Positions 37,415 to 47,266 of a stretch of 64,000 nucleotides of DNA are shown piece by piece. Below the pieces are notes generated by a model, which saw only the letters and a program-made list of their open reading frames with translations, ran no database searches and had not been told where the DNA came from. Every line of letters begins with the position of its first letter. The stretch's first letter is position 1. The stretch is from Chthoniobacteraceae bacterium (GTDB taxonomy: Bacteria > Verrucomicrobiota > Verrucomicrobiia > Chthoniobacterales > Chthoniobacteraceae). The stretch covers positions 1 through 64,000 of the forward strand of contig JBBCKI010000034.1 in the NCBI GenBank assembly GCA_037190965.1, in the 5' to 3' direction. Both the position numbers and the translations under genes were made by a program.

Positions 37415-38413
37415 ATGAGCATCAAAAGCGATATTCATTCAATGGGCGGCAAGGCTCGCGCCGAAAAACTTACTAAAGAAGAGCGGAGCGCCATTGCGCG
37501 CAAGGCTGCCTCGGCGCGATGGATCCCAAAGGCAACCCATGATGGCGACCTAACTCTCATAGAAGGCGCCTCTATTCCATGTGCTGTTTTAGAAGATGGG
37601 ACACGAGTCTTGTCAGAACGAGGAGTCACCAAGGCGCTAGGGGGTAAGCGCGGCGGATCTCATTGGCGCAGGCTGAAAGAGGGCGGCGCCGAACTGCCCG
37701 TTTATATATCGGCGCCGAACTTTAAACCGTTTATTTCCAAGGAATTAGAATCGGCGCTGACAACGCGAATTGATTATAAAACCAAGATGGGCGCCGTAGC
37801 GCATGGTATTCCTGCAACATTGCTCCCGGAGGTTTGCGAGGTGTTCTTAAAGGCTCGTGATGCGGGCCAGTTGCATCGCTCTCAGATTCGACTGGCCCAA
37901 ATGGCGGATATCTTGATGCGGGGCCTTGCCAGGATCGGGATCGTTGCTCTTGTTGATGAAGCCACCGGATATCAAGAGATCCGCAATAAGGAGGCCCTTC
38001 AGGCCCTTCTTGATGCGTTTCTACGAAAAGAATTTGCGGCATGGGCAAAAAGATTCCCGGATGAATTTTACAAGGAGATTTTTCGTTTGCGCGGATGGGA
38101 ATGGAATCGCCTCTCAGTCAAGCGCCCGATATTCGTAGGGAAATTGACGAACAACATCGTGTACGAACGTTTGGCGCCGGGGGTTCTCTCTGAATTAGAG
38201 GGCCGCAACCCAAAGGACGAGAAGGGCCGGCGCCTACAAAAACATCATCAGTGGTTGAGCGAAGATATAGGACATCCGGCCCTGGCCCAGCATCTGCATG
38301 CCGTCATTGGATTTATGCGAGCCTCGTTAGACTGGAAACAATTTCAAAGCCTTCTGGATAAAGCCTTTCCTAAAAGAGGGGCTGTTGTTCAGATGGAACT
38401 GATTTCAGACTAA
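37415..38413 (+). CDS. P63C domain-containing protein
   Basis: GGKARAEKLTKEERSAIARKAASARW, IVALVDEATGYQ, WAKRFPDEFY and HHQWLSEDIGHPAL motifs. Confidence 0.88.
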   Translation: MSIKSDIHSMGGKARAEKLTKEERSAIARKAASARWIPKATHDGDLTLIEGASIPCAVLEDGTRVLSERGVTKALGGKRGGSHWRRLKEGGAELPVYISAPNFKPFISKELESALTTRIDYKTKMGAVAHGIPATLLPEVCEVFLKARDAGQLHRSQIRLAQMADILMRGLARIGIVALVDEATGYQEIRNKEALQALLDAFLRKEFAAWAKRFPDEFYKEIFRLRGWEWNRLSVKRPIFVGKLTNNIVYERLAPGVLSELEGRNPKDEKGRRLQKHHQWLSEDIGHPALAQHLHAVIGFMRASLDWKQFQSLLDKAFPKRGAVVQMELISD

Positions 38414-38727
38414 ATTTGGATCAGGACGGGCGGGCACTTCGGCTCGGATGGCGGCCCATGCGTCAGGGTGTGCCGGATTTCGGCGCCATTGAATTTGATC
38501 ACGTCGAGGAGATCCCGGATTTCGTCGAAGCGATCACGATCCTCCTGCCGGATGGATCGGTCTTTTGGATTCGGAGCGAGCGACGGCCTGCTTGATGGGT
38601 AAACCAGACCGGAGACGGGGGAGGGGACGGGTGAAATCGGCAATTGACCCACGGATCGAAATCCTTGTGTTGTAGTGGCGAAAAATGGCGAACGAGTGGC
38701 GAAAAATTTGGCCAACAGAGTAAATTC

Positions 38728-38773
38728 ACGGATTTCTAATCCGTGGGTCGCAGGTTCAAGTCCTGCCGGGCGC
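38728..38773 (+). repeat. attR core (46 bp)
   Basis: Identical to 1271-1316. Confidence 0.95.
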
Positions 38774-38941
38774 GCTTCTGGAAAAGTGGGGATCTCACGG
38801 TTTCGTTCTTGGGGCTGGGATTCATGTCGATATTGTCCTCCAGGCTGCATCGGTCTTTCTTGGGATGGCGCGGTCAGGGTTTGCCCGTCTTGATATTCGC
38901 ATTCCTGAGGCGATGGTTTTCTTTGGAAGAAGGAGGAACTC

Positions 38942-39622
38942 ATGGCGGCTGATACAACATTTCAAGAAGGGTTTCGTGAGCCGGAAAGAAGCAAGGCATT
39001 GGAGACCACAATGGGTGGTTCGGGGCTTGAGGCTATTGGAGGGATTGCGGCGGTGGTGCTTGGAATTCTCGGGCTTCTCGGGGTCATCCCGGGGATGATG
39101 GCGTCGATTGGAATCATTGTCATCGGCGTCGGCTTTTTGAGTCAGGGGACAGCGGTTGCCACGCGTTATGCGGAATTGCTGAAGGCATTGGACGGAGGCG
39201 GTGCCAAGCAGGCGGCTGAACTGGCAGGGGGAATGACGACGGAGTTCATCGGAGGCATAACGGGCATTGTGCTCGGCGTGCTTGCGCTGCTGGGGATTGC
39301 GCCTCTGCCGCTAATGGCTGCGGCTTTGATTGCGTTTGGGGCGGCTCTCCTGATGAGCACGGCGGAGACCAGTCGGCTAATTTCGATGGGGACGCTGGAA
39401 GGAACACGAGCGCGCCAGATTTTTCGCATTGCGGTCCCGGCGGCAGCGGGAGGTCAGGTTCTTGTCGGTGTGGGTGCGATGATCTTGGGTATCCTTGCCT
39501 TGGTGATGGTGCCTCATTTGTCGTTGAAACTGATCCTCGTGGGCGTGCTGGCCGTTGGCGCAGCATTGCTCTTCAGCGGGTCAGCCGTTGCAGGTCGTTT
39601 AATGATGCTGCTCAAATACTGA
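38942..39622 (+). CDS. Multi-pass Gly-rich membrane protein
   Basis: About six hydrophobic helices in three similar pairs; AGGAGG upstream. Confidence 0.8.
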   Translation: MAADTTFQEGFREPERSKALETTMGGSGLEAIGGIAAVVLGILGLLGVIPGMMASIGIIVIGVGFLSQGTAVATRYAELLKALDGGGAKQAAELAGGMTTEFIGGITGIVLGVLALLGIAPLPLMAAALIAFGAALLMSTAETSRLISMGTLEGTRARQIFRIAVPAAAGGQVLVGVGAMILGILALVMVPHLSLKLILVGVLAVGAALLFSGSAVAGRLMMLLKY

Positions 39623-39883
39623 GATCCCGAAGGAGACTCATGGCCGTCGGGCTCCCATAGGGAGGCATTGAGCCATGATGAACGCACGAACGTTTGGCTC
39701 GGCTGGTCTTGAATTTGGAAACCGGCCGGGCTTCCCCTTTGCCTGGAGATGGACCCCAAGGGGTTTTGATTTGCAACGGGAGATCTTAAACGATAGATTG
39801 TGCCCTTCCCGGTGGGAGATGTGAACGCGCCTGGCGCCCTTTCCCTCCTGCGACGGAAGATTAACCCATCATCACACCACCTC

Positions 39884-40135
39884 ATGATTTATAAAGCATT
39901 GATCACTGCTGCCGCTGTTGCGGGGCTTTTTTCGAGTTCCATCGTGGCCCAGGCCGGCACATGCCCCTTCACGGGAGCGACGTCTGAATCAAGCAAGGGC
40001 GAGGGTGACAAAAAGGAGAGTAAGGACGCTTCCAAGGAGAGCGACAAAGCCAAAGATGGCGCCGCTAAAGACAGCGCCGGGTGCAGTGGTTGTCCGGCCG
40101 GTGCCGCTGCCAGTGCCGGTAGTGCCAAGAAGTAA
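39884..40135 (+). CDS. Small secreted low-complexity protein
   Basis: Signal peptide ending AQA, CPFTGATS, K/D/E/S-rich linker, CSGC. Confidence 0.7.
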   Translation: MIYKALITAAAVAGLFSSSIVAQAGTCPFTGATSESSKGEGDKKESKDASKESDKAKDGAAKDSAGCSGCPAGAAASAGSAKK

Positions 40136-40300
40136 TCAGTACTCGCCAGTGGGCGATACAGGCACCGCTACAGACGATTTTTTAGGCGGCGCTTTTTAGG
40201 GGAGATTCTCCCCAATCAATGGGCGGGAATCCGACGACGGTTCCCGCCCTTTGAGTGTCTCGGTTTTCACTTTCCCCCATTAGATCCCGAATTCCCTCAT

Positions 40301-41662
40301 ATGCAGATTCCTCCAGAAGCTGCCAACGTGACCCGCCGTGATTTCCTGCGCAAAGGCGCCCTTACCGGGGCGGGGTTGATGCTGGCGCCTTCGATCTTGC
40401 GGGCCCACGAGTCCCGCTCTGCGGACGCCCTGAACGTCGCCGTGATCGGCTGCGGCGTGCAGGGGGGCATCCTGCTGGACACGATGCTCAAAATGCCGGG
40501 ACTCCGAATCCAGGCGATTTGCGACATTTGGGAGACCGCGCAGGAGAAGGCAAAGGAGAAGCTCAGCAAGGCGGGACGCGAGGGGGAGGCCCGATATTAT
40601 ACCGATTTTGAGGAATTGCTTGATCGCGAGAAAGACCGTGGGTTGGACGTAGCGATCATCGCCTCGCCTGATTTCTGGCATGCCCCGCAGACGGTTGCCT
40701 GCCTGAAGGCGGGGGTCCATGTTTATTGCGAAAAAATGATGTCCAATACCGTGGAGGGAGCCCGCTCCATGGTGCGGGCGATGCGGGACACCGGAAAGCT
40801 GCTTCAGATCGGGCATCAACGCCGCAGTAACCCTCGATATCAACACGCGATCAATCAGTTGATCAAGAGCGCAAGGGTGCCGGGCCGGATCACTGCGGTT
40901 CGGGCCCAGTGGAACCATTCTTCCTCAGCGGGCGGACCGCATTGGCCCAGGGGAACTGAAATTCCGGCGGATACATTGAAGCGTTACGGCTACCCGAGCA
41001 TGCGACATTTTCGCGCTTGGCGGGCCTACCGCGATTACTCAGGAGGGGCGGTTTCCGATCTCGGCGCACACCAGATGGACATCTTCAACTGGGTGTTGGG
41101 CGTGCGCCCCACGACACTCACGGCCCTCGGCGGCATCGATTATTTCAAGGATCGCGAGCACTACGACAACGTCATCGCGGTTTATGAATACCCGACGCCG
41201 GAGGGAATGGTTCGCGCGCTTTATCAGGTGATCTCCAGCACCAGCGCAGGGGGCGGCGGTTTCGAGATGTTCATGGGAGACGAGGGGACGATCATCATCT
41301 CTGAGACGCCGCGTCTGACAAAAGCTTACCGCGAAGCCCGCGCGCCAAGCTGGGACCAATGGGTCACACAGGGTTACCTCTCCCAGCGAGCCGTAAAGCC
41401 CGCGATGGCGGGAGGAGGGGCGGACGAGCGGGTGGACATTCGAGAGACAATGGCGCTTGATGAATTCGGTATCCCTGTCGTGCTGGATAGGCCGATTTAC
41501 CAGCCGCACCTTGAGAATTTTTTTGATGCCATTCGAGGCAAGGCAACCTTGAACTTTGACGGCGCGCGGGCGCTGGAGAGCGAGGGGATCATTTTTCCGA
41601 TTAACGCAGCCGTTGCGGAGCAGAAAGCGCATCGGTTCACCCCGGCGGATTTTGAGGCCTAG
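40301..41662 (+). CDS. Tat-exported Gfo/Idh/MocA oxidoreductase
   Basis: TRRDFLRK Tat motif, VAVIGCGVQG, HVYCEK and DLGAHQMD motifs. Confidence 0.92.
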   Translation: MQIPPEAANVTRRDFLRKGALTGAGLMLAPSILRAHESRSADALNVAVIGCGVQGGILLDTMLKMPGLRIQAICDIWETAQEKAKEKLSKAGREGEARYYTDFEELLDREKDRGLDVAIIASPDFWHAPQTVACLKAGVHVYCEKMMSNTVEGARSMVRAMRDTGKLLQIGHQRRSNPRYQHAINQLIKSARVPGRITAVRAQWNHSSSAGGPHWPRGTEIPADTLKRYGYPSMRHFRAWRAYRDYSGGAVSDLGAHQMDIFNWVLGVRPTTLTALGGIDYFKDREHYDNVIAVYEYPTPEGMVRALYQVISSTSAGGGGFEMFMGDEGTIIISETPRLTKAYREARAPSWDQWVTQGYLSQRAVKPAMAGGGADERVDIRETMALDEFGIPVVLDRPIYQPHLENFFDAIRGKATLNFDGARALESEGIIFPINAAVAEQKAHRFTPADFEA

Positions 41663-41711
41663 CTTCCGTATGGGCTCCTTGAGTAACTGACTCCCTGGCG
41701 ATAACGCAATC

Positions 41712-42647
41712 ATGCCCGCCGAAACCTCCGTATTCCGTTTTCGTCACGAGGCAATGGCGACGGTCTTTGAGGTCCGGATCCGGGGCGAGGACTCGGAGCG
41801 CGATTATTTTGCGCAGGCGGCCCGTGAGGTATTTCAGGAGGTTGACCGGCTTGAGACGTTATTGAGCCGCTTTCACGAAGGGAGCGATGTCTTCCGCATC
41901 AATCGCCTGGTCCAGGGGGAGCAAATTCGGGTGAGCTTCGAGTGTCACGAATGCCTGAAGATGGCCATCAAGGTCAAAGAAGCCACGGGGGGCGCATTCG
42001 ATCCCGCCGTCGGAGGAGTGATGATGGCGGTGCGGGGGGAGGGAGAAGAGGGAACGATTGCCGGATGTGGGGAAACCGTGAGTCGAGCGTTCGACGCCTT
42101 TGCACAAGGCTCTCTGGTGGTGGATGCGACCGAAGCGGGAGTGGTTTGCACCGTGCCGGGGCTCCGGCTCGATTTCGGGGGCATTGGCAAAGGGTATGCA
42201 CTCGACCAGGCGGTGCCCATCCTGCGCCGGTGGAAAATTGAGGATGCTCTTTTGATTGCGGGCGGCAGCTCCGCGCGCGGCCTCGGCCGAAGCGGTTGGG
42301 AGGCGGATCTTGCGGGTGATCATTTCCGGCAAACGGTGCAACTGAGGGAGCGTGCGACGGGGGGCTCCGGCATCGGTGTTCAGGGTAACCACATCGTCGA
42401 TCCGCGCAGAAAGGTTTTGGAATCGCGGCACCGGAGGGCTTGGGCTCTCGCCGATACGGCTACGCTCGCGGACGCGCTCTCAACAGCTGCCATGACTATG
42501 AGCGCGCAAGAGATTCTTGAAGCGCTGCCGCGCCTGGAAGCAAGCTTCGGCCAGCATTGCGCAGTGGTCATGGAATCGTGGGAAAATGGAAGCCCGTTCC
42601 AATGGATTGCGTCGAAGGTAGATAAGGATCACCCATTGGGAACTTGA
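41712..42647 (+). CDS. apbE: FAD:protein FMN transferase
   Basis: AMAT, GAFDP, LDFGGIGKGYALD, HIVDPR and ADALSTA motifs. Confidence 0.9.
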   Translation: MPAETSVFRFRHEAMATVFEVRIRGEDSERDYFAQAAREVFQEVDRLETLLSRFHEGSDVFRINRLVQGEQIRVSFECHECLKMAIKVKEATGGAFDPAVGGVMMAVRGEGEEGTIAGCGETVSRAFDAFAQGSLVVDATEAGVVCTVPGLRLDFGGIGKGYALDQAVPILRRWKIEDALLIAGGSSARGLGRSGWEADLAGDHFRQTVQLRERATGGSGIGVQGNHIVDPRRKVLESRHRRAWALADTATLADALSTAAMTMSAQEILEALPRLEASFGQHCAVVMESWENGSPFQWIASKVDKDHPLGT

Positions 42648-43035
42648 TAGGGTGGATGGTGCGGTAGGGCAGCCTGGCGTGTAGGCTGCGGCAATGCTCA
42701 GTCGAGAGAGTCTGAATGCTGATATATACGTAGATGCCAATTTGTATTTGATTTTATAGGCCGGTCGCGGGAAGCAGTGAGATGTGTTGGCCGGTTGGAT
42801 TGCTTTCCGCAGATGGTCTCATTCTCCGCACTCCATAGAAACAATGTCACGGGGAGGCGCAGGTGCTTCAAAAATTAAATAAACGTTTCTAATGTGATGG
42901 CGATTGTGTATGACGTTGAAATGGAATGTCACGAGGCTCCGTAGCTGGTTTCACGGGTTCATCGGAATTGAGTCGTTGAAACCGGCGTGCGTCGTCGTTG
43001 TTTCGACCGGATTTCGAGAGGGTCGGGGTTAACTG

Positions 43036-43074
43036 TTGACGAGAGGAGGGCATGTCTGTAAAATCACATTTACA
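43036..43074 (+). promoter_or_regulatory. Sigma70 promoter with overlapping operator
   Basis: TTGACG-17-TAAAAT; TGTAAA-ATCACA-TTTACA at 43057-43074. Confidence 0.7.
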
Positions 43075-43079
43075 TTTGT

Positions 43080-44225
43080 ATGATGACACAGCGCCAGATC
43101 GCAAAATCGCTAGGGGTATCGTGTGCCACCGTGGCCAATATCCTGAGCGGAAAGCCGGGTTTGCGGTATAGTCAGGAAACCCGCCAGCGTGTCATCACCG
43201 CTGCGAAGGAGATGGGATATCAGCAGAACCGGGCTTCCCGCGTGATCCGGACGGGCCGTAGTAACCTGATCGGAATCGTGCATTTCGGAGCGGATGTGGA
43301 AGCGGCCCGCCGTGCCAATGAGGAAATATCGAAGTATTGTAGCGCTGCCGGGTTTCATTATCACGTTATGGATATGAACTGGCACGGAGGCAGTGTTGAA
43401 CGGACGCTGAACGAGTTGATTCAGGCCCGGGTGGAGGGCGTCATCATATCGCACATCCAGGAGGTTTTTAACGACAGCCACATCGACGTTTTGACACGGG
43501 CCAGTATTCCGGTGGTTTCGATCAACGGCGACCAGAGAGAGAATGTTCCTGCGGTCTGGGATAATGTCGGCAAGGCCTTTTACGGGTTGACGACTCACCT
43601 GATTCGTCATGGCCACCGCCGTTTGTTGCACATGGGGGCGGTTCCGCCGATTGTCGACACCAAGCATAATCGGAGCGGACGGGAAAGAGCGGTGGGATTT
43701 CACCGCGCGATTCGGGACGCGCAGGGAACGGTGGAAGTGTTGAATGAGGAACAGTTTTTCGCCCTTTGGCCTCTTGAGGATTCGACCGACACCCGGGTGA
43801 GGGGATTTCACATCATCCAGGACTCAAAACTTTACGAGTTGCTGAGCAAGCCCAACTATTTGTTCTGCAAACGGTTGTTCGCCACCGGCGTGCTGCCCGA
43901 TGCGGTCGTTTGCCTCAATGACATGTACGCCATGGAGGTGATCGCGGCCGGCCTGGAGTGTGGAATTCGTGTTCCTGAGGATCTCGCGCTTACCGGTTAT
44001 GACAATGACCGGATAGGGGGGTTCCCCGCATTTGGATTGACCACTGCGGAGCAGGATATCGAGGGGCTTTGCTCGGCCGCAGTCAAAACGTTGATCGAGC
44101 GAATCAAAAATCCTCGTGCAGAGGTCGTGTGTCAGACCTACGATTCCAAACTCGTGCTCCGCACATCATGTGGCCGCAATGTCAAACTGCGGAAGCCAGC
44201 GGCAAGGAAGGCCGTCAAAGTCTGA
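43080..44225 (+). CDS. LacI-family transcriptional regulator
   Basis: TQRQIAKSLGVSCATVANIL HTH; PDAVVCLND, VPEDLALTGYD and LVLRTSC motifs. Confidence 0.93.
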   Translation: MMTQRQIAKSLGVSCATVANILSGKPGLRYSQETRQRVITAAKEMGYQQNRASRVIRTGRSNLIGIVHFGADVEAARRANEEISKYCSAAGFHYHVMDMNWHGGSVERTLNELIQARVEGVIISHIQEVFNDSHIDVLTRASIPVVSINGDQRENVPAVWDNVGKAFYGLTTHLIRHGHRRLLHMGAVPPIVDTKHNRSGRERAVGFHRAIRDAQGTVEVLNEEQFFALWPLEDSTDTRVRGFHIIQDSKLYELLSKPNYLFCKRLFATGVLPDAVVCLNDMYAMEVIAAGLECGIRVPEDLALTGYDNDRIGGFPAFGLTTAEQDIEGLCSAAVKTLIERIKNPRAEVVCQTYDSKLVLRTSCGRNVKLRKPAARKAVKV

Positions 44226-44260
44226 GGGCTCTTTCCAACTTCTGAGGGCTCTTTCCAACT
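44221..44260 (+). repeat. 20-bp perfect tandem duplication
   Basis: TCTGAGGGCTCTTTCCAACT occurs twice, spanning the LacI stop codon. Confidence 0.9.
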
Positions 44261-44348
44261 GACCGGGGTTGATCGCGGTCATTGTTCAGGCCCGTCGCAT
44301 TCGGACCTCGCCAAAGCTGATGCGGGTCGCAACGGCCGGAGAAGACGC

Positions 44349-44368
44349 GCTCCCTTCGAAAAGGGAGC
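44349..44368. terminator. Hairpin between convergent genes
   Basis: GCTCCCTT-CGAA-AAGGGAGC; no strong U tract. Confidence 0.45.
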
Positions 44369-44396
44369 TCCACATCTCCTCCTTTCTCTTCTGCTC

Positions 44397-47246
44397 CTAT
44401 GGATTGAGGTTTCGGAAGTAGACGGTGCGGAACCGGACTTTGCTATTGGAATCCAGATACCGCTCCAGAATCGCATGTTGCCGCTGCTCTCCCGTGACCT
44501 GTAAATTCCCGCTGGAAGTCTGCTTGAGGGATTGGCCTATCGTATAGACTCCGAACACGTTGCTTCGGGTGGTGATAAAGTTGCTGATGCTTCGCACCAT
44601 TTCCTCGCTATCCTCACCGCCGTCTGCAATGCCCTTGATTTCAACAATCTCTCCCGGGCTGTCAAAGCCATTGGTGTAGCCATATTTAAAGGTGGAGGTG
44701 AAGTCGAGAATATTGTTCACGAGCGTGTTAGCCTCGGTCTCACTGAGCCGCGTGTTGGCATTGGTCGTGCTTTTCCGGGCATTTAGGAGAAATGCTTTCA
44801 AAGGCGATGAACGAGTGATTTTGAACGGCTCCACCTTGTTATTGATATTGATTCTCCCTGCGCCGGTTCCATGAGGGGAGAGTAGGGCGGCTGCGGCGGG
44901 GGATACATCGGCTGGTACGGTAAAGAGGTCCATCAAAGCCCAGTCGGGGACTTCCTTGATGGTCGTGTCCGTGCTTGTCGTGCCTTTCGTAGCCTGGAGA
45001 CGAAGTGTGCGCCAAGAAACCCCCCCTTTTGTATTTTCCGCTTTCCCTTCAATTCCGGTATGGACAAACCCCAGTTCCGCGGCGGATTTGACGATTCCGG
45101 GGCGGCCTTTGGATGGGTCTTTCGGATAAGGAACGCGAAAGCTGACGTCTGTCACTTTGTTGGCGCTTGTATGATCCCGCGGCGGGCGTCCGCCGCTGGG
45201 ATTAATTACGGAGCTGTTCAGGAGGCTAACAGGAGTATTCGCCGCGCCGAAGGTGTGTTCGTCGTTCTCAAACCAATCACGATAGGTCGCATTGACGCGG
45301 GGGTCATCGGTCATGAAGCTGCCGATAGCGGGAATTTCATCTGGGCCTGGTTCAGGAATTCCGCCTTGGGCTGTAATAGCGATGGGGAAGCCTAATGTGC
45401 CCCCATCCTTTGCGGGGGGATTTCCTAGTGGAGCAAGCTCAATGCGGCTTGCCTTGGCGGCTTCAGCGGCATCCTTCGCGATGGTCAAACCGTAGCGCAC
45501 ATTGATTTTCACCGGGTCGGGAAGAGGGGCTTTGACCTTGTTGTCCCTGTAGTAGAACTCAAACATCAGGGTCTTGTACCCCCCTGCATTGAGCATACGG
45601 TTTCCTCCAATGATGTTCTTCTGTTCAATTACATAGGAATTTTTCCTGTCATTTGCAATGAATGCATCCTGCCCATCGGCAAGGAAGGCATATCCTTCTT
45701 GATCCGCCTGGAAGATATACATGCATAACCTTTTTCCCGGTTCAGGCTCGAGTAAATCGACCGAGTCGATTCCCCCGTTTGCCGAAAGGTGCAGTTCTAC
45801 ATAAAGTTTGATTTTAAGTCGTCCTGTATGCGGAGGAGTAGTCTCCAACGCATCAGCCCTCCAGACTCCAAGCTCCGTTATGTAAAGGCGGCGCGGGCTT
45901 CCGATGAAAGTGTCGTCTGCTCCGGCGCTGACTGAGCCACTGACGCGGGTGAATTTCTTGAGGTTCTTATCGTATTTGACTCTGATGGGTTCGATGAAGC
46001 TTTTTGCCGATTCCACTGATCGAACGTACTCAATAATCCCAATGGCCAATTGTCCGAGTCGGTCGGGATCGCTATCGAAATACTTGGCTTGAAATGATTT
46101 GGAGGTGGCAGATGATGGGACCATCGGCCAATCGGTACGCTCGAGATATTTGACCAGTTTCAGCAACACGTTGCTGAGTTTGGTTGGATCGATCACATCT
46201 TCAACAGTGCCCGTTTCAGTAACTCTCTCGACCCATCCGGGATCGGTGTTATCGACTTTCAGAATGTCGAGGAAGTCATTATTGCCTGCAAGGCTTTTTT
46301 GGGTAGTGAGTACAATGCGCTTTTCGTTGAAGAAAGTGGTTTGCGGATCGTGATTGTAGTGAGTGAGGTCGAACTTGTTCTGGCGAAGCTTGGTGGCGAA
46401 ATTCGGGATCCGTCGGGCGTCGTTTGGAGAATTGAAGAAGTCTTTGAGTGTCCCAAAGTTGTCGGCGGAGATATAGTTATGAAACGCTTCGGCGTCATTT
46501 TCGGTAAAACCGGGGATCGCTGCAAGACTGATCCGTGTCGGACTGCCGGCGGAGAGTGTGTTCTTTGTGTTGGTGCCGCTCCAGGCGAGGTTGAGATTGA
46601 CCTTGGTGCTTTCGTCGTCAGCCCAGAAAGCGTAACGGCCGATGATTGGATCATACGACGGGTCGCTCTTATTGGTGACAATGCTGGGCGCTTCAGCCTT
46701 ATCCAACCGCCCGCTTTCACGGACATAGACCCATTTGACCTGCATAAGTCGGGCCGCGTCGGTGATCAGGTGTTCGCCTGCGTTGTCCCAGGTGGCTATG
46801 TTCAGGTTTGGGGGTTGCAACACGGCATCCAGAGTGCCGCCACTGGGAATTCCGGAATGGAGCGGGACGATTTTGGCCGCGTTTTTGTTCGTGCCGCCCA
46901 ACACGGCTCCGGTGAGTACCGTGCGTTCGTCAATGTCTAGTGTTGAGCCATTATCCTCTTCCGCCCCCAGCACGAGTTGCCCAGGCTGGCTGATCCAGTT
47001 GCGTCTGATGTCGCCGGTTTCCTTGTTCAGCGTTGCTGTAATGTGGTTGATGCCCCGCTCTGCCATTTGGGTGGACATTACCTCATTGACGTAGGAGACC
47101 GATGCACCGCGCTCGACGCGCAACGAATCGGACATGGCCAGGATCATGATTGCTATGAGGACGAGAAAGATCAGCGTCGTGATGAGGGCAGCGGCAGATT
47201 CCATCTTGGGGCCGCGGCCAGGAGGGCGTAAGGGAGTAGGCTTCAT
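44397..47246 (-). CDS. Verru_Chthon cassette protein A-like (PilX/GspK-like)
   Basis: ALITTL N-terminal helix, WISQPG, GRYAFWADDESTKVNLN, GRININ, TTRSNVF and GEQR motifs. Confidence 0.85.
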   Translation of the reverse strand: MKPTPLRPPGRGPKMESAAALITTLIFLVLIAIMILAMSDSLRVERGASVSYVNEVMSTQMAERGINHITATLNKETGDIRRNWISQPGQLVLGAEEDNGSTLDIDERTVLTGAVLGGTNKNAAKIVPLHSGIPSGGTLDAVLQPPNLNIATWDNAGEHLITDAARLMQVKWVYVRESGRLDKAEAPSIVTNKSDPSYDPIIGRYAFWADDESTKVNLNLAWSGTNTKNTLSAGSPTRISLAAIPGFTENDAEAFHNYISADNFGTLKDFFNSPNDARRIPNFATKLRQNKFDLTHYNHDPQTTFFNEKRIVLTTQKSLAGNNDFLDILKVDNTDPGWVERVTETGTVEDVIDPTKLSNVLLKLVKYLERTDWPMVPSSATSKSFQAKYFDSDPDRLGQLAIGIIEYVRSVESAKSFIEPIRVKYDKNLKKFTRVSGSVSAGADDTFIGSPRRLYITELGVWRADALETTPPHTGRLKIKLYVELHLSANGGIDSVDLLEPEPGKRLCMYIFQADQEGYAFLADGQDAFIANDRKNSYVIEQKNIIGGNRMLNAGGYKTLMFEFYYRDNKVKAPLPDPVKINVRYGLTIAKDAAEAAKASRIELAPLGNPPAKDGGTLGFPIAITAQGGIPEPGPDEIPAIGSFMTDDPRVNATYRDWFENDEHTFGAANTPVSLLNSSVINPSGGRPPRDHTSANKVTDVSFRVPYPKDPSKGRPGIVKSAAELGFVHTGIEGKAENTKGGVSWRTLRLQATKGTTSTDTTIKEVPDWALMDLFTVPADVSPAAAALLSPHGTGAGRININNKVEPFKITRSSPLKAFLLNARKSTTNANTRLSETEANTLVNNILDFTSTFKYGYTNGFDSPGEIVEIKGIADGGEDSEEMVRSISNFITTRSNVFGVYTIGQSLKQTSSGNLQVTGEQRQHAILERYLDSNSKVRFRTVYFRNLNP

Positions 47247-47266
47247 GGCAACAGGAGGGTTGATCG

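Larger units (their letters stand above)
1271..38773. mobile_element. Lambda-like (siphovirus-type) prophage, ~37.5 kb, integrated in tRNA-Arg
   Basis: 46-bp terminal direct repeats, an adjacent integrase, and ordered replication, packaging, head, tail and lysis modules. Confidence 0.95.

Noticed and set aside
38728..38773. Second tRNA-Arg gene
   Set aside because: It has only the anticodon arm to the 3' end and lacks the 5' acceptor strand and D arm; it is attR.
38410..38943. 177-aa minus-strand ORF
   Set aside because: It crosses attR and reads through the antisense tRNA fragment. Only its 3' ~65-80 codons might be a real small gene, which I cannot support further.
44221..44260. 20-bp duplication as an IS target-site duplication
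   Set aside because: No transposase or inverted repeats nearby; a simple slippage duplication or assembly artefact is sufficient.
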